A DNA stretch of 39,491 nucleotides from Bigelowiella natans CCMP2755 (lineage: Eukaryota > Protista > Cercozoa): contig ADNK01002822.1 in NCBI GenBank assembly GCA_000320545.1, positions 1 through 39,491 of the forward strand, read 5' to 3'. Under the pieces are notes generated by a model. The model did no database searches. It had not been told where the DNA came from and saw only the letters and a program-made list of their open reading frames with translations. The position numbers were made by a program, and so were the translations under genes. Of this stretch, positions 38,064 through 39,491 are shown piece by piece. Every line of letters starts with the position of its first letter. The first letter of the stretch is position 1.

Positions 38064-38807
38064 TCAACGAGTTTGACGTATTGAGCTGCCAGGGTGCTCC
38101 CACTGCGACGTGCGAGTAGCTGAGTGCCAATAGTAGGCCTGCAATTGCATAGACGATTAGTCAACGTGTACTGTACGAGCTAAAAAAGTATAAATAAATA
38201 ACGGGAAAGAATTAGCAAATTGCAAAACAAGCACGTAATAATTCTAAGGAGAAACCACATGGTTGTTCGATGCAAACCATGTAATTTCCGAAGCATGACT
38301 TTCTCAGTAACTCCTCTATAAATCCAATGATATCTTCGAACAAATTTTCTTTTTTCAAAAAAAAAAAGAAAATTCAAACTGCTTGATGGCCTCTCAACGC
38401 CTGGTTTACACTTTCTACTTTCATCAGAAAGAAATGAACCAAATGACCAAAGCGTGGCGCGTACGAATGGCTGAAACACTAACTGCTCTTTCATCACCTT
38501 GCCTCTACTCGTGAAATGTAATTGCCATCCATCTGGAAGCTGCATCGTAGGCGACGATTGGAGGTGGGTCCCATTCTTGCTTTCTCGTCTCTTCAGCTGA
38601 ATTCGGTGACTAAGGCGTTTATTAACCCCCGTCGTTTTCGCTGCTATACGATTTTAAAGGGGGAGGGCGGCGGAGCGAGTTGTTTCATTTGTTTGAACGA
38701 GAGCAAGATCTCTCTTCTCCCTCTTCTTTTCCTCTCCCTCCCCCCCCCCCCTCCTCCGTTGCTCCACCATTCACCTTTCCCCGACGCACCCTCTTCTGTA
38801 ACTTAAA

Positions 38808-38846
<39 letters not shown>

Positions 38847-39112
38847 GTGTGTGTGTGTGTGTGTGAGTGTTATTGAGGGACCTTTCGACAGGAGTAAACT
38901 ATACAAACTAACATCATAACCCCAGCTATGAAGCCAACCACGATGAGCTGGAAGAGTAAGAACAAATAATACAAGTTTAATGAAATGATCACCAACAAAC
39001 CATGCTATCAAGCCAAACACCATGCTTTGGAAATAAGGACGAGTAAGGTATGGAACTTGAGGAAGAATAACACGCTGAAGAACGCGTGTGCATGCATAAT
39101 GTCCAACTCGAG

Positions 39113-39151
<39 letters not shown>

Positions 39152-39407
39152 TATATATATATATATATATATCATATAAAGTCAAGGTAGTGATTACCAT
39201 TGAATTTACATACATCAAGTTGTCGGACATGTAAGAAGTGATGTATGAAAATTTTACAACATGCAGGGCGAAGTTTCCTTCCTTGGACGCGACACAATCG
39301 GCCTTCAACTCTCCACACCCCAGGAAGTCAAAGACCAAGCTCACAGCTTAATGGGCAGTGCCAGTTGGAATTCAGAACAGAACATAATATCGGTGGTGTC
39401 CCGATGC

Positions 39408-39464
<57 letters not shown>

Positions 39465-39491
39465 GAATACACACATTATACGCAACGTAAA
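38064..39491 (-). CDS. 3' part of a membrane protein with a C-terminal WW domain (5' end beyond the window)
   Basis: Exons LIVVGFIAGVMMLVCIVYSCRK (TM, ~38949-38883), ...QLPDGWQLHFTSRGK (ends 38498) and AYYWHSATRTSQWEHPGSSIRQTR* (38138-38064) form a complete LP.GW...G..YY......SQWE.P WW domain. Confidence 0.8.

Larger units (their letters stand above)
1..39491. repeat. Very abundant intronic microsatellites: (CA/TG)n, (GA/TC)n, (TA)n, (GAT)n, (TAG)n, (CTT)n, poly-C/G
   Basis: Examples: 328-400, 1592-1676, 3611-3720, 9430-9470, 18275-18408, 36045-36127, 36475-36560; nearly all lie within reconstructed introns. Confidence 0.95.

Noticed and set aside
281-39490. ORFs rich in YIYI, HTHT, CVCV, RERE, LSLS
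   Set aside because: These are translations of intronic dinucleotide microsatellites.

Overview
Gene-dense, intron-rich unicellular eukaryote DNA (protist/alga-like; taxon not determinable here) with microsatellite-filled GT-AG introns. Almost all short ORFs in the supplied track are microsatellite artefacts. By splicing exons by hand I reconstruct 11 genes: a hypothetical membrane/secreted protein (-), an RsfS/Iojap/MALSU1 homolog (+), HAUS4 (-), a type I membrane EF-hand protein (+), a ShK-domain prolyl 4-hydroxylase (-), QNG1 (+), an ankyrin-repeat gene (+), EMC3 (+), RBM42 (-), an LPCAT-type acyltransferase with EF-hands (+) and a TM/WW-domain protein (-). The standout is a ~3.5 kb island (~21425-24985) between QNG1 and EMC3. 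TpA dinucleotides are almost absent from its flanks, surviving only in CTA/TAG context, while CpG is retained. Alignment of its 182-bp ankyrin exon+intron repeats shows TA->CA/TG changes directly. This points to a locus-restricted T:A->C:G hypermutation process (the reverse of fungal RIP) acting on a one-repeat-per-exon ankyrin gene whose variation sits at binding-surface positions.
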